A DNA stretch of 64,000 bases from Armatimonadota bacterium (GTDB lineage: Bacteria; Armatimonadota; UBA5829; DTLH01). Both the position numbers and the translations under genes were made by a program. Under the pieces are notes generated by a model. That model worked only from the letters and a program-made list of their open reading frames with translations, did no database searches and was not told the origin of the DNA. The stretch lies in the NCBI GenBank assembly GCA_038207085.1, contig JBBRAE010000004.1, forward strand, positions 107,361 to 171,360, written 5' to 3'. Below are positions 38,846 through 47,945 of the stretch, piece after piece; position 1 is the first letter of the stretch, and the number at the start of each line of letters is the position of its first letter.

Positions 38846-39076
38846 TTGAAGAACCTGATTGAGCTGCTCGTCAAGGCGCTTGTCGAAGAGCAGGACAAGG
38901 TGGAAGTGACCGAGGCCGATCACAGTGATTCGGTGACGTATCAGATCCACGTGGCTCCTGAGGACCTCGGCAAGGTTATCGGCAGGGACGGCAAAATCGC
39001 AAACGCTCTACGCACGGTCGTCAAGGCCGCCGCGATGAAGGGCGATAAAAAAGTGTTTGTGGACATCGAGTCCTAG
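38846..39076 (+). CDS. khpA: KH domain RNA-binding protein
   Basis: DLGKVIGRDGKIANALRT; position after rpsP. Confidence 0.9.
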   Translation: MKNLIELLVKALVEEQDKVEVTEADHSDSVTYQIHVAPEDLGKVIGRDGKIANALRTVVKAAAMKGDKKVFVDIES

Positions 39077-39153
39077 CCTGCTTTATTCGTGAAGCGAATA
39101 AAGCTCTCGCTAGCAAAGCATTATTCATGCTCCTCGTGAATAATGCCGGCTAG
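39073..39153. mobile_element. 81-bp MITE (family D) with CTAG direct repeats, copy 3
   Basis: CTAG-CCTGCTTTATTC...GAATAATGCCGG-CTAG; left CTAG holds the khpA TAG stop. Confidence 0.85.
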
Positions 39154-39174
39154 ACTATTATATAGCGAGGCAGA

Positions 39175-39579
39175 ATGAAACTTACGCGCCCGGTGACGGT
39201 CAAGGCGATCGTTACAGAAGAGTTCAAACAGAACGCAAAGGTAGAGCTTGAGAGCACTATCTCCAGGCTTGAGGCCGCGTCGCAGCAGATTGAGTTCAAC
39301 CTCAAGCGCTACGTACCGGAGGTCGCCAAGACGGATCTGAACCAGGCAAGCCGCCTCCGCCAGGAGCTCGAAGCCGAGCGCGCAAGGCAGGACGGCGCAC
39401 GCACCGAGCTTACCGGCCGACTAAAAGAGATCAACGAGCTTGAGATCGGCGGTGAGTACGTTCAGGGCCAGATCGAAAGCCAGGTAGATGTCAAGGTCGG
39501 TGACAACCTCGCTGAGAAGATGGCAGTGGCGGAGATACTCACCAAGGACGGGATAATCGTAGAGATTCACGGCGAGTGA
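39175..39579 (+). CDS. ylqD: YlqD family protein
   Basis: RPVTVKAIVTE.FK, coiled coil, VKVGDN...KDGIIVEI; position before rimM. Confidence 0.85.
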   Translation: MKLTRPVTVKAIVTEEFKQNAKVELESTISRLEAASQQIEFNLKRYVPEVAKTDLNQASRLRQELEAERARQDGARTELTGRLKEINELEIGGEYVQGQIESQVDVKVGDNLAEKMAVAEILTKDGIIVEIHGE

Positions 39580-40082
39580 CGATGAACGCGCCTGAGGTCA
39601 CCATCGGCACGGTAATCACCCCGCACGGGATTCGCGGCGAGCTTCGCGTGAAGCTTTTGACCGATTTTCCCGAGCGGTTCGAGGAGCTTGACGAAGTTTG
39701 GGTCGAGATCCCCGGTGAGTCTGGGCGCGTGATGGAGATCGAAAGCGTTCGCCCGTACAAAGAAGGCCTCATTCTGAAGCTTTCCGGTGTGGAGGATCGC
39801 ACCGCCGCCGAGGGTTATCGAGGCGCTGATCTTCGTATCGACGAGGGTCAGATGGTCGAGCTTGAGGACGGCGAGTTCTACATCCACGACCTGATCGGGC
39901 TTGAGGTGTTTACGACCGAAGGCGTGAGCCTCGGGCAGGTGACCCAAGTGCTCCAGGGCGCGGCAAACGACGTTTACGTCACGCCAAAGGGGATGATCCC
40001 CGCGGTAAAGCAGTTCGTCGTCGAGATCGACCTCGCCGCGCGCAAGATGCTCGTAACGCCCGATGGCGTGCTGGAGACGTAG
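39576..40082 (+). CDS. rimM: Ribosome maturation factor RimM
   Basis: HGIRGELRV, EFYIHDLIG, ANDVYV motifs. Confidence 0.95.
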   Translation: MTMNAPEVTIGTVITPHGIRGELRVKLLTDFPERFEELDEVWVEIPGESGRVMEIESVRPYKEGLILKLSGVEDRTAAEGYRGADLRIDEGQMVELEDGEFYIHDLIGLEVFTTEGVSLGQVTQVLQGAANDVYVTPKGMIPAVKQFVVEIDLAARKMLVTPDGVLET

Positions 40083-40084
40083 GA

Positions 40085-40157
40085 AGCTCTTAGCTATTGG
40101 CTATTGGCAGTTAGGTTTCGTACTGCTAAAAGCTAATAGCTAACTGCTAATAGCTAT
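40085..40157. repeat. Inverted pair of heptamer arrays (GCTATTG-like / GCTAATA-like)
   Basis: Seen directly; same heptamer at 232-255, 22553-22581, 35045-35077, 47908-47938, 59805-59837. Confidence 0.8.
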
Positions 40158-40159
40158 TT

Positions 40160-40933
40160 ATGAGAGTTGATATTCTGACGGTCTTCCCGGAGTTTGTCGA
40201 GGCTGGAGCTAGTTACAGTATCGTCAAGCGTGCGCGGGACAAGGGTGTGCTTCAGTTTGCGGCGCACAACCTGCGGGACTGGACCCACGACAGGCACCGT
40301 TCGACGGACGATGCGCCGTTTGGTCCGGGCGCGGGGATGGTGATGAAGCCCGAGCCGATCTTTGAGGCAGTCGAAAGCCTGCGCGAAGAGTTCGGTGTGC
40401 CGGGAAAGACGAAAGTCTTGCTGATGACCCCTCAGGGGAAGCCCTTCAGCCAGAAGATGGCCAGAGAGCTTGCCCAGGAGGAGCATCTGATTATACTTTG
40501 CGGGCACTATGAAGGTGTCGATGAGCGCGTCAGGGAGCACTTGATCGAGATGGAGATATCCATCGGAGACTATGTGCTTACCGGAGGCGAGCTTCCGGCG
40601 CTTGTGGTGCTTGACGCAGTTACGAGGCTCCAGCCCGGAGTTTTAGGTGACGACGAGTCTTCTGTGGAGGAGTCGTTCACCGAAGACCTGCTGGAGTATC
40701 CGCATTATACCCGTCCCGCGGAGTTCCGGGGATGGAAGGTGCCTGACGTGCTTTTGTCAGGCCACCATGCGGAAATCGCCAAATGGCGAAGAATCAAGGC
40801 GCTTGAGCGGACGCTCGATAGACGACCGGACCTGCTGGAGCGCGCAGAGTTAAACAAACACGACAGAGAAACATTGCGAAGGCTCATAAGTGAGCGCGCA
40901 AGCGAGGAGGACTATTTTGACGACGGTGATTGA
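40160..40933 (+). CDS. trmD: tRNA (guanine37-N1)-methyltransferase
   Basis: [31 protein letters not shown] motifs. Confidence 0.97.
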   Translation: MRVDILTVFPEFVEAGASYSIVKRARDKGVLQFAAHNLRDWTHDRHRSTDDAPFGPGAGMVMKPEPIFEAVESLREEFGVPGKTKVLLMTPQGKPFSQKMARELAQEEHLIILCGHYEGVDERVREHLIEMEISIGDYVLTGGELPALVVLDAVTRLQPGVLGDDESSVEESFTEDLLEYPHYTRPAEFRGWKVPDVLLSGHHAEIAKWRRIKALERTLDRRPDLLERAELNKHDRETLRRLISERASEEDYFDDGD

Positions 40934-41261
40934 ACAACTGGAGCGCGAGCAGCTCCGGGACGATGTGCCGAGCTTTGGACCCGGCGATACGGTTCGCGTA
41001 CACTACCGAGTTATCGAAGGTGGCAAGGAGCGAATCCAGGTATTTGAGGGTAACGTTATTGCCCGCAAAGAGGGTGGGATCAGATCTTGCTTTACAGTAA
41101 GGAAGATCTCCAACCAGGTCGGAGTGGAGAGGGTTTTCCCAATGCATTCCCCGAGGATCGCAAAGATCGAAGTGACCAGGCGCGGTGACGTCCGTAGAGC
41201 CAAGCTGTATTACCTCCGTGGCAGAGTCGGTAAAGCCGCTCGCATCAAGGAGAAGAGGTAA
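40917..41261 (+). CDS. rplS: 50S ribosomal protein L19
   Basis: [29 protein letters not shown] start after GAGGAGG. Confidence 0.97.
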   Translation: MTTVIEQLEREQLRDDVPSFGPGDTVRVHYRVIEGGKERIQVFEGNVIARKEGGIRSCFTVRKISNQVGVERVFPMHSPRIAKIEVTRRGDVRRAKLYYLRGRVGKAARIKEKR

Positions 41262-41342
41262 CACAACCGTAAGGCTCGCTTGCGTGCTTGAGCGACCGCT
41301 TTGTGCGGCCCGCTCGTCACGGAAGATAAGGACATTTCTGAA

Positions 41343-42509
41343 ATGAGCAATGTTACAGAGTGGCTCGCAAACCTGAACACCGCCACGGTCCTCATTGTGA
41401 TGGCCGTGCTTTTGGCGCTCAGGTTTGCTTTGCTGCCAGTTAAAAGCCAGGCTGCCAAGTCGGTCGCGGAAATTGCAGAGTCCCTCGCAATAGCGATGGG
41501 GCTCGTCTTTTTGATCATTCGCCCGTTCTTCGTGCAGGCGTTCTTTATCCCTTCGGAATCTATGCTCTCGACGCTTCGCGTGCACGACCATATTCTGGTG
41601 AACAAGACCGTCTACCTGATGCGCGCCCCGAAGCCCGGTGAGATCGCGGTTTTCGCCGCTCCTCCTGAGGCGCTTCACGGCGAAATGCTCGAAGCGCAGC
41701 TAAACGAGGGCAAGCAGACCGATTACATCAAGCGCGTGACCGGCGCGCCCGGCGACACCATTCGCGTGGAGCCCGGCTACATATCGGTCAACGGCGCCAA
41801 GCTCACCCGCGAGGCGCTTCGGACGATCTATCAAGAATACAAAGCCGAAAAGCACGTTGGAGTTTATAGATTTTGGACGGTCGACATGGACCGCGTGAAT
41901 CGCGCAAACGATTCCATCGGTCAAGTTGTAGACAAGATGATCGCCGCATTTGCCCGCGGTGACCAGCCGAGCCAGGGATTCAATGGCCCTGAAATCGACG
42001 GTATCCCGATCAAAGAGTCCCCAGTTGTGGATCTCGGAGGCTTTGCCATCGGCCCGAGCGGCCCAAGCGTGCGCCTCGGGATGGACGGGGTCTACGTCGA
42101 CGGGCGCAAGCTCACAGACCAAGAGGCCAGGAAACCGTTCCCGACCAGCGCCAAGGTCGAGATTAACCCCGGGTACGTCGTTCGAAACGGCAAGGTCTGG
42201 GACCAGCCATATCTGGGTGAGGACGCCGAAAGCGCCTACCCGATAACTGAAATCGACCCGACAGATCTGGCAAGCTCCATAATTGCGCCCGCCGTCAACA
42301 AGGCGGTCGCCGACAAAAAGATCGAGCTCGTTCAGGACTCGACCGGACACCTCGCCGCAAAGCTTATGCCCGGGCAGTACCTGATGATGGGCGACAATCG
42401 CAACAACTCAAGCGACGGCCGATTCTGGGGGCCGGTGGAGCGCTGGAGGCTGAAAGGTCGCCCGCTCTTTACGTTCTTCCCCATGAGCAGGTTTGGATGG
42501 GTAAGGTAG
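41343..42509 (+). CDS. lepB: Signal peptidase I with large domain-II insertion
   Basis: IPSESM (catalytic Ser), DYIKRV (catalytic Lys), MGDNRNNSSDGRFWG. Confidence 0.92.
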   Translation: MSNVTEWLANLNTATVLIVMAVLLALRFALLPVKSQAAKSVAEIAESLAIAMGLVFLIIRPFFVQAFFIPSESMLSTLRVHDHILVNKTVYLMRAPKPGEIAVFAAPPEALHGEMLEAQLNEGKQTDYIKRVTGAPGDTIRVEPGYISVNGAKLTREALRTIYQEYKAEKHVGVYRFWTVDMDRVNRANDSIGQVVDKMIAAFARGDQPSQGFNGPEIDGIPIKESPVVDLGGFAIGPSGPSVRLGMDGVYVDGRKLTDQEARKPFPTSAKVEINPGYVVRNGKVWDQPYLGEDAESAYPITEIDPTDLASSIIAPAVNKAVADKKIELVQDSTGHLAAKLMPGQYLMMGDNRNNSSDGRFWGPVERWRLKGRPLFTFFPMSRFGWVR

Positions 42510-43150
42510 TCGAGGTCGACCTGTGGCGCTTCGAGTGTGAGGCACGCGAGTCGGGCTACAAGCTCGTTGTGGGGGTCGACGAAGCGGGGCGTGGGCCGCT
42601 TGCGGGTCCAGTTGTCGCAGCCGCCGTTATTTTGCCCGAGGGGTTTGACCTGAATGGTATCGGCGACTCGAAAAAGCTCTCAGCGGGCGCGCGAGACCGC
42701 GCGTTTGATCGAATCAGGTCTGAAGCGCTCGCAGTCGGAGTTGGGATAATAGATCCCGAAACGATCGACCGGGTGAATATTCTTCAGGCGACATTTCTTG
42801 CTATGAAGGCGGCGCTTTCTGACATGGGCGCCGCCTTTGACTATGTACTGGTAGACGGTGACAAGAAGATACCCAGCCTTGGGGTCGCGCAGGCGGCGAT
42901 AGTTGATGGTGACGCGCTCTCGGCCACGATCGGGGCGGCCTCGATCATCGCCAAAGTCACCCGGGACTGCATCATGGTAACGCTTGCCGAGGAGCATCCC
43001 GGCTACGGGTTTGAGCGGCACAAGGGCTATCCTACCAAAGACCACATGCGAGCACTCGATGATCTTGGGGTCTGCATCGCCCACCGAAAGAGCTTTGGTC
43101 CGGTATGCGAAAAGCTGAAAAACGAGCGCCAACAGCGAAGTCTCTTCTAG
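42497..43150 (+). CDS. rnhB: Ribonuclease HII
   Basis: GVDEAGRGPLAGPV, DSKKL, AASIIAKVTRD motifs. Confidence 0.97.
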   Translation: MGKVVEVDLWRFECEARESGYKLVVGVDEAGRGPLAGPVVAAAVILPEGFDLNGIGDSKKLSAGARDRAFDRIRSEALAVGVGIIDPETIDRVNILQATFLAMKAALSDMGAAFDYVLVDGDKKIPSLGVAQAAIVDGDALSATIGAASIIAKVTRDCIMVTLAEEHPGYGFERHKGYPTKDHMRALDDLGVCIAHRKSFGPVCEKLKNERQQRSLF

Positions 43151-43488
43151 GCAAGCGCGGCGAGGAAGTCACGTCCGAGCGCCTTGTGAGCCTGGGGTGG
43201 GAGATCGTCGAGAAGAACTTCCGGTGTCGCGGCGGGGAGATCGATATCATCGCCCGAGACAGCGGCACGCTTGTCTTTGTGGAGGTGCGGAGCCGCCGCA
43301 GAAGCGACTTCATGAGCCCGGCCGAGTCGGTCGACTACCGCAAGCAGCAAAAGCTCATCCTCACCGCCCGGTACTACCTCTACACCAAGGGCCTTGACTG
43401 CGACTGCCGCTTCGACGTCTCTGAGGTGCTCTTTGAGCAGGACAAGCCCGTCTCAGTCGAGATCATCAAGAACGCGTTTGATTCGTAA
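43105..43488 (+). CDS. yraN: YraN family endonuclease-like protein
   Basis: G..GEE, NFRCRGGEIDII, LVFVEV, RFDV motifs. Confidence 0.9.
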   Translation: MRKAEKRAPTAKSLLGKRGEEVTSERLVSLGWEIVEKNFRCRGGEIDIIARDSGTLVFVEVRSRRRSDFMSPAESVDYRKQQKLILTARYYLYTKGLDCDCRFDVSEVLFEQDKPVSVEIIKNAFDS

Positions 43489-44134
43489 CGGGCTCGACGT
43501 TCGTTTCTATCCACGCGATGAACTCCTTCACCTGTGCAAACACCGCCTGCGGCCCCCGCGCCCGCATCGCTTCGATGTCCGAGCCCTTCGCCCACCCAGC
43601 CGAGAGCGCAACGACGCCCGCCTCTTTGGAGCCGTCAACGTCGGAGGGCCAGTCGCCGAGGTAGGCGACTTCACCCGGGTCAAACCCCCAGCTATCCACG
43701 ATTCTTGTGATAAGCTGCGGCTTCACTCCGCCCTTTTCTGAGCCGGTCTCCATCGCGTCAAAGTAGTGTGCGAGTCCGAGAAAGTCTATCGAATACTTCG
43801 CGCTGTGGACGCCCTTGCCGGTCGCTATGCCTAGCCTGATCCCCTTCGCCTGGAGCAAGTCAAGCGCGGTTTCTATACCGGGAAAGGCCGAAGTGCAGTT
43901 CTGGTGGACCGCCGCGTATTCCCTGAGAAACGTCGCAAGCGCGCTCTGCCAGTCCTCAGGCACTGCGCGCTGGACAATACCTTCGTCGTTTGGCCCGTAG
44001 AACGCGGTGATCTCGGGGTCAGAGAACTCCCGCCCGAGATGGAGGCGAAACGTCCGCCGGTATGCCTCAAGGCAGAGGGGCATGGTGTCGGCGAGCGTGC
44101 CGTCGAGGTCGAAAATCATCCCTTTTAGTTTCAA
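43466..44134 (-). CDS. HAD family hydrolase/phosphatase
   Basis: FDLDGTLAD, ATGK, KP, YLGD..SD motifs. Confidence 0.92.
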   Translation of the reverse strand: MKLKGMIFDLDGTLADTMPLCLEAYRRTFRLHLGREFSDPEITAFYGPNDEGIVQRAVPEDWQSALATFLREYAAVHQNCTSAFPGIETALDLLQAKGIRLGIATGKGVHSAKYSIDFLGLAHYFDAMETGSEKGGVKPQLITRIVDSWGFDPGEVAYLGDWPSDVDGSKEAGVVALSAGWAKGSDIEAMRARGPQAVFAQVKEFIAWIETNVEPVTNQTRS

Positions 44135-44173
44135 AATCCTTATCCTTATACTATTTACTATGCATACTATTTA

Positions 44174-45181
44174 CTATGCCGCCAGTGGCAGGACGGGCGC
44201 GCGCCGGTCGGTCGCCTTTGACTGCGGCTTCTTTGCAGGCGCAAGCCACTGATTGAGAAGCAAGTTCATCCCGCGATCCTCTTTGATCGATCGGTTGACG
44301 GGTATCAGCTTGCCCTGGGTTTTGATAAGCGCCCAACTGTTGGTCTTCGCGAACGTGAGGTCAAGCTTGCCAAGTGCCACGCCCATCTCTCCGGCTTGGA
44401 CGATCGGGACTTGGCGGCCGTTAGGGTTCTTGATCATCACAGGCGTCGGGATGAACGTGTGCGAGTCCCCGCCGATGATTGCGTCGATCCCCGCGACGTG
44501 CTCGGCGAGTTCGCGGTCCATATCGGCTCCTATGTGTGTAAGCGCGATCAACACGTCGCACTCACGCCTCGCGATCGGGACCCACTTTTTCGCCGATTCG
44601 ATCGGGTCTGATATCGTCCACCCCTGGGTCTGGGGATAGTCTTTGGAGCGCGGCGCGGTGAGTCCGAGGAGTCCCACCCTAACCCCGCCGAACCTGCGCA
44701 CGACAAATGGGTGAACCCCTTCGACTGGCACACCGCTTGCGCCGACGGTGAGGTTTGCCGCAAGCCAGGGAAAGCGCGACAGGCGCAAGAGTTTCAGCAT
44801 CATCCCTTGTGACTCGGCGCCAAGAAACGCCTTGAACTCGTTGTTGCCGACGCAGAGCGCGTCGTACCCCATATAGTTCAGCGCCTCGATCTCAGGCTCG
44901 CCGAAGAACTTCAGGTGCCAGGGCCCGCGGGTGAACGTGTCCCCGCAGTCGACGACGACCACCGGCGTAAGCGTGCTCTTCTTGATCTCCGAGATCAGTG
45001 TTGAGCGGCGGGCAAGGCCTCCCATCGAGACATCGGCGTAGTCCTTGTTCGCCCCGTAGGAAAACGGCCGCATCATCCCGTGCAAGTCGTTTGTGTGGAG
45101 CACGGTGAGCTGAAAAGTAGTCCCCGCAAACGCGCCCGTGGCGACGAGCAAAACAAGTATAGTCGTAAATAGTCGTTTCAT
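44174..45181 (-). CDS. Secreted metallophosphoesterase (5'-nucleotidase N-terminal domain only)
   Basis: Signal peptide; HTNDLHG, DCGD, GNNE, LTHIG, GGDSH motifs. Confidence 0.85.
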   Translation of the reverse strand: MKRLFTTILVLLVATGAFAGTTFQLTVLHTNDLHGMMRPFSYGANKDYADVSMGGLARRSTLISEIKKSTLTPVVVVDCGDTFTRGPWHLKFFGEPEIEALNYMGYDALCVGNNEFKAFLGAESQGMMLKLLRLSRFPWLAANLTVGASGVPVEGVHPFVVRRFGGVRVGLLGLTAPRSKDYPQTQGWTISDPIESAKKWVPIARRECDVLIALTHIGADMDRELAEHVAGIDAIIGGDSHTFIPTPVMIKNPNGRQVPIVQAGEMGVALGKLDLTFAKTNSWALIKTQGKLIPVNRSIKEDRGMNLLLNQWLAPAKKPQSKATDRRAPVLPLAA

Positions 45182-45342
45182 AGGGATAGTGTAGAGTCAA
45201 AAGTGCAAAGTGTAAAGTAGCTGAGTAGCTGTGTGCGTATTGTGGAGCTTGGTCCAAACTGGTATAATTGCAGATGATCGTGATGGGCGGCGGGTGTGTT
45301 GTTTCCGCTGCCGAGTCCTTCAAGGATAGGAGAGCTTCCACT

Positions 45343-46863
45343 ATGCGCAAACGAACGATGTTCAGCGTTATTGCCGTAACCCTCGCGCTTGCGACTTCTA
45401 CGGCCGTTATTGCGGCCCCGCAGAAGTCGGATTTCGATAGAGGTGTGATCGCTTACAGGCAGAACGATATCACCGGGTCGATCGCGGCGTTTCAGAAAGC
45501 CATTGAGACCAACAGAGAGGATGCTCTGGCGCAAAGCTGGCTCGGGTTCATTCTGCTGAAACAGGGGAATTCCGCTGAGGCGGTTGCACCGCTTCAGAAG
45601 GCGAGCACGCTTTCTCCGAAGGATCCGGAGGTCTGGAACAACCTCGGCACGGCCTATCTCAATATCGGCGAGGCAGAGAAGTCTGTCGCCGCCTATCGTG
45701 AGGCGCTGAAGCTTCGTCCTTCATCGGCTGATCAGCTCTACAACCTCGGAAACGCCCAGCTCAGCCTCGGCAAACCCGCCGACGCCGAAAAGACGTTCCG
45801 CCAGGCGGTTGCGTCCAAGCCGAAGGACACTTCCATCCTAAACAACCTCGCGCTTTCCCTCCAGCAGCAGGGCAAGACCCAGGAGGCGATCGCGACGTTC
45901 AAGGCGGCGCTTGCGATCGAACCCAACAGCCCATCACTTCTGCTCAACCTCGGACTCGCTCAAAAGGCGAATCGTGACTATGCTGCGGCACAGACCACAC
46001 TTGACCGGGCTACCAAAGCAAGCAAGGACAACTACTACGCCCGAGTTGCGCTCGGCGAGATCCTCGCGGGCCAGGGCAAAGACAATGATGCGATCGCACA
46101 CTACAAAGTCGCCGCGTCGCTTCGTCCGGACCAGTTCACTCCGCACTACAATTTGGGAATACTTTACGCGAACCTGGGCAAGCACAAGCTCGCCGTCGAT
46201 GAGTTTACCGCCGCGCAGAAGATCAAGCCCGCTGATGTCGACACCATGGTGAACCTCGGCTGGTCGATCTACAAGACAGGGCAGGACGATCAGGGTATCT
46301 CCACGCTAAAGGCCGCCGTCGCGCTCGATGGCGCCTTTGTCGAGGCCCACAAGCACCTTGCAGCGGCGTATATGACCAAAAAAGACACTCTGGCGACCGT
46401 GGATTCCAAGTCCGAGTATCGCGATCTTGCCATCGGCGAGTGGTCGCAGGTGACCCGGCTCGACGCCAAAGACATCGTCGCCCACATCAACCTCGGCAAC
46501 CTTTACTGGGAAGCAAAAGACATCTCCAAGGCTTCGGTTGAGTATCGCGCGGCTGTCGCGCTCGACCCCAAGAGCCCTCAGGCAAAGCTTGGGCTCGGTC
46601 TGGCGCTTGTTAAAGAGGGGAAACTCGACGAGGCGATCTCCCAGTATAATAGTTTGATCAATTCAGACGCCGGAGCGAAGATCATCGCCGCCGCTTACAA
46701 CAACCTCGGCGTCGCCTACGAGCAGAAGTCCGAGAGCGCAACCGGCGCTGAAAAGTCCAAGCTGATTGATTCGGCCCGGGACAGCTACACAAAGGCGCTC
46801 GCGCTCGACAAGGACTACAAGGACGCTCTGTATAATCTTGGACGATTGCCAAAGAAGTCGTAG
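45343..46863 (+). CDS. Exported tetratricopeptide repeat protein
   Basis: Signal peptide plus >10 TPR repeats (WNNLG, YNLG, HINLG). Confidence 0.9.
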   Translation: MRKRTMFSVIAVTLALATSTAVIAAPQKSDFDRGVIAYRQNDITGSIAAFQKAIETNREDALAQSWLGFILLKQGNSAEAVAPLQKASTLSPKDPEVWNNLGTAYLNIGEAEKSVAAYREALKLRPSSADQLYNLGNAQLSLGKPADAEKTFRQAVASKPKDTSILNNLALSLQQQGKTQEAIATFKAALAIEPNSPSLLLNLGLAQKANRDYAAAQTTLDRATKASKDNYYARVALGEILAGQGKDNDAIAHYKVAASLRPDQFTPHYNLGILYANLGKHKLAVDEFTAAQKIKPADVDTMVNLGWSIYKTGQDDQGISTLKAAVALDGAFVEAHKHLAAAYMTKKDTLATVDSKSEYRDLAIGEWSQVTRLDAKDIVAHINLGNLYWEAKDISKASVEYRAAVALDPKSPQAKLGLGLALVKEGKLDEAISQYNSLINSDAGAKIIAAAYNNLGVAYEQKSESATGAEKSKLIDSARDSYTKALALDKDYKDALYNLGRLPKKS

Positions 46864-46899
46864 CCCGCGCCAAATGGTGCAGATAGGATCAGGCAGCGT

Positions 46900-47766
46900 G
46901 TGAAATCGATAGGTTTCGTCGTCAACCCTCACAAGGAAGACGCCCTGCGCCTTGCCGCGGAACTCGTTCTGTGGCTGGGTGAGCGGGGCGTTGCCGCGCT
47001 TGTGGAGCATGAACCGGCGCGTGGGATTGGCCGGGAGGACATCGGGGCTACGCTTGAGGCCGTGAGCGAGACGGACATGGTCGTGGTGCTCGGCGGCGAC
47101 GGCTCGATCCTCCGCGCGGCGCGCGTTGCCGGTCCCAAGGGCACGCCTATCCTCGGCGTCCACTTCGGGCAGTATGGTTTCATCACCGAGATCCATCCGC
47201 CCGACGTGATACCGGCGCTCACCAAGGTGCTTGAGGGCGACTTCAAGATAAGCGAGCGGATGATGTTCACTGCAAAGCTCATTCGCGGCGACGAGGAGCT
47301 TTTGACGGCTCCGGCGATGAACGATGTGGTCGTCTCCAAGGGCCCGCTTTCCCGCCTGCTCACGCTGCACACGTTTATAAACGACCGGTTTATCACGACT
47401 TATGCGGCCGACGGGATCATCATCGCGACGCCGACCGGTTCGACCGGCTACTCGCTTTCAGCAGGCGGCCCGGTGGTGCATCCGAGTGTCCAGATCGCGA
47501 TCGTCACCCCGATCTGCCCGCACACGCTAAACGCAAGGTCGCTTGTCGTGCCGGACACGGAGGCGATCCAGATCGTGGGCGAGTGCACCGGCATTGAGGA
47601 CGATATGACGCTCACCGTCGACGGTCAGGCAGGCTACAAGATGCTCTGCAGCGACAAAGTAGACGTCCGCCGCGCCGACTACAGCGCAAGAATCGTCTAC
47701 TGGGACAAGCTCAGTTTCTACGACAAACTGAGAAGCCGCCTCAGATGGGGCGAGAGATTTAGTTAG
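46900..47766 (+). CDS. nadK: NAD(+) kinase
   Basis: LGGDGS, ND, ADG..IATPTGSTGYSLSAGGP motifs. Confidence 0.96.
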   Translation: MKSIGFVVNPHKEDALRLAAELVLWLGERGVAALVEHEPARGIGREDIGATLEAVSETDMVVVLGGDGSILRAARVAGPKGTPILGVHFGQYGFITEIHPPDVIPALTKVLEGDFKISERMMFTAKLIRGDEELLTAPAMNDVVVSKGPLSRLLTLHTFINDRFITTYAADGIIIATPTGSTGYSLSAGGPVVHPSVQIAIVTPICPHTLNARSLVVPDTEAIQIVGECTGIEDDMTLTVDGQAGYKMLCSDKVDVRRADYSARIVYWDKLSFYDKLRSRLRWGERFS

Positions 47767-47783
47767 GGAAGTGCAAAGTGCAC

Positions 47784-47904
47784 GATCGCGCCGGGTCTCC
47801 AGACCCGTTGCGGACATTCCCAGGGTCTCTGACCCCGCACCAGGAGAATCGGGGTCTGGAGACCCCTCAAATATGCGTGCCGCGTCAGGAGACACGGCAC
47901 GATC
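47784..47904 (-). repeat. Repeat family A, copy 2
   Basis: Reverse complement of 365-485. Confidence 0.9.
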
Positions 47905-47945
47905 GCAGCTAATAGCTAATGGCTAAAAGCTAACGGCTTCCCTAT

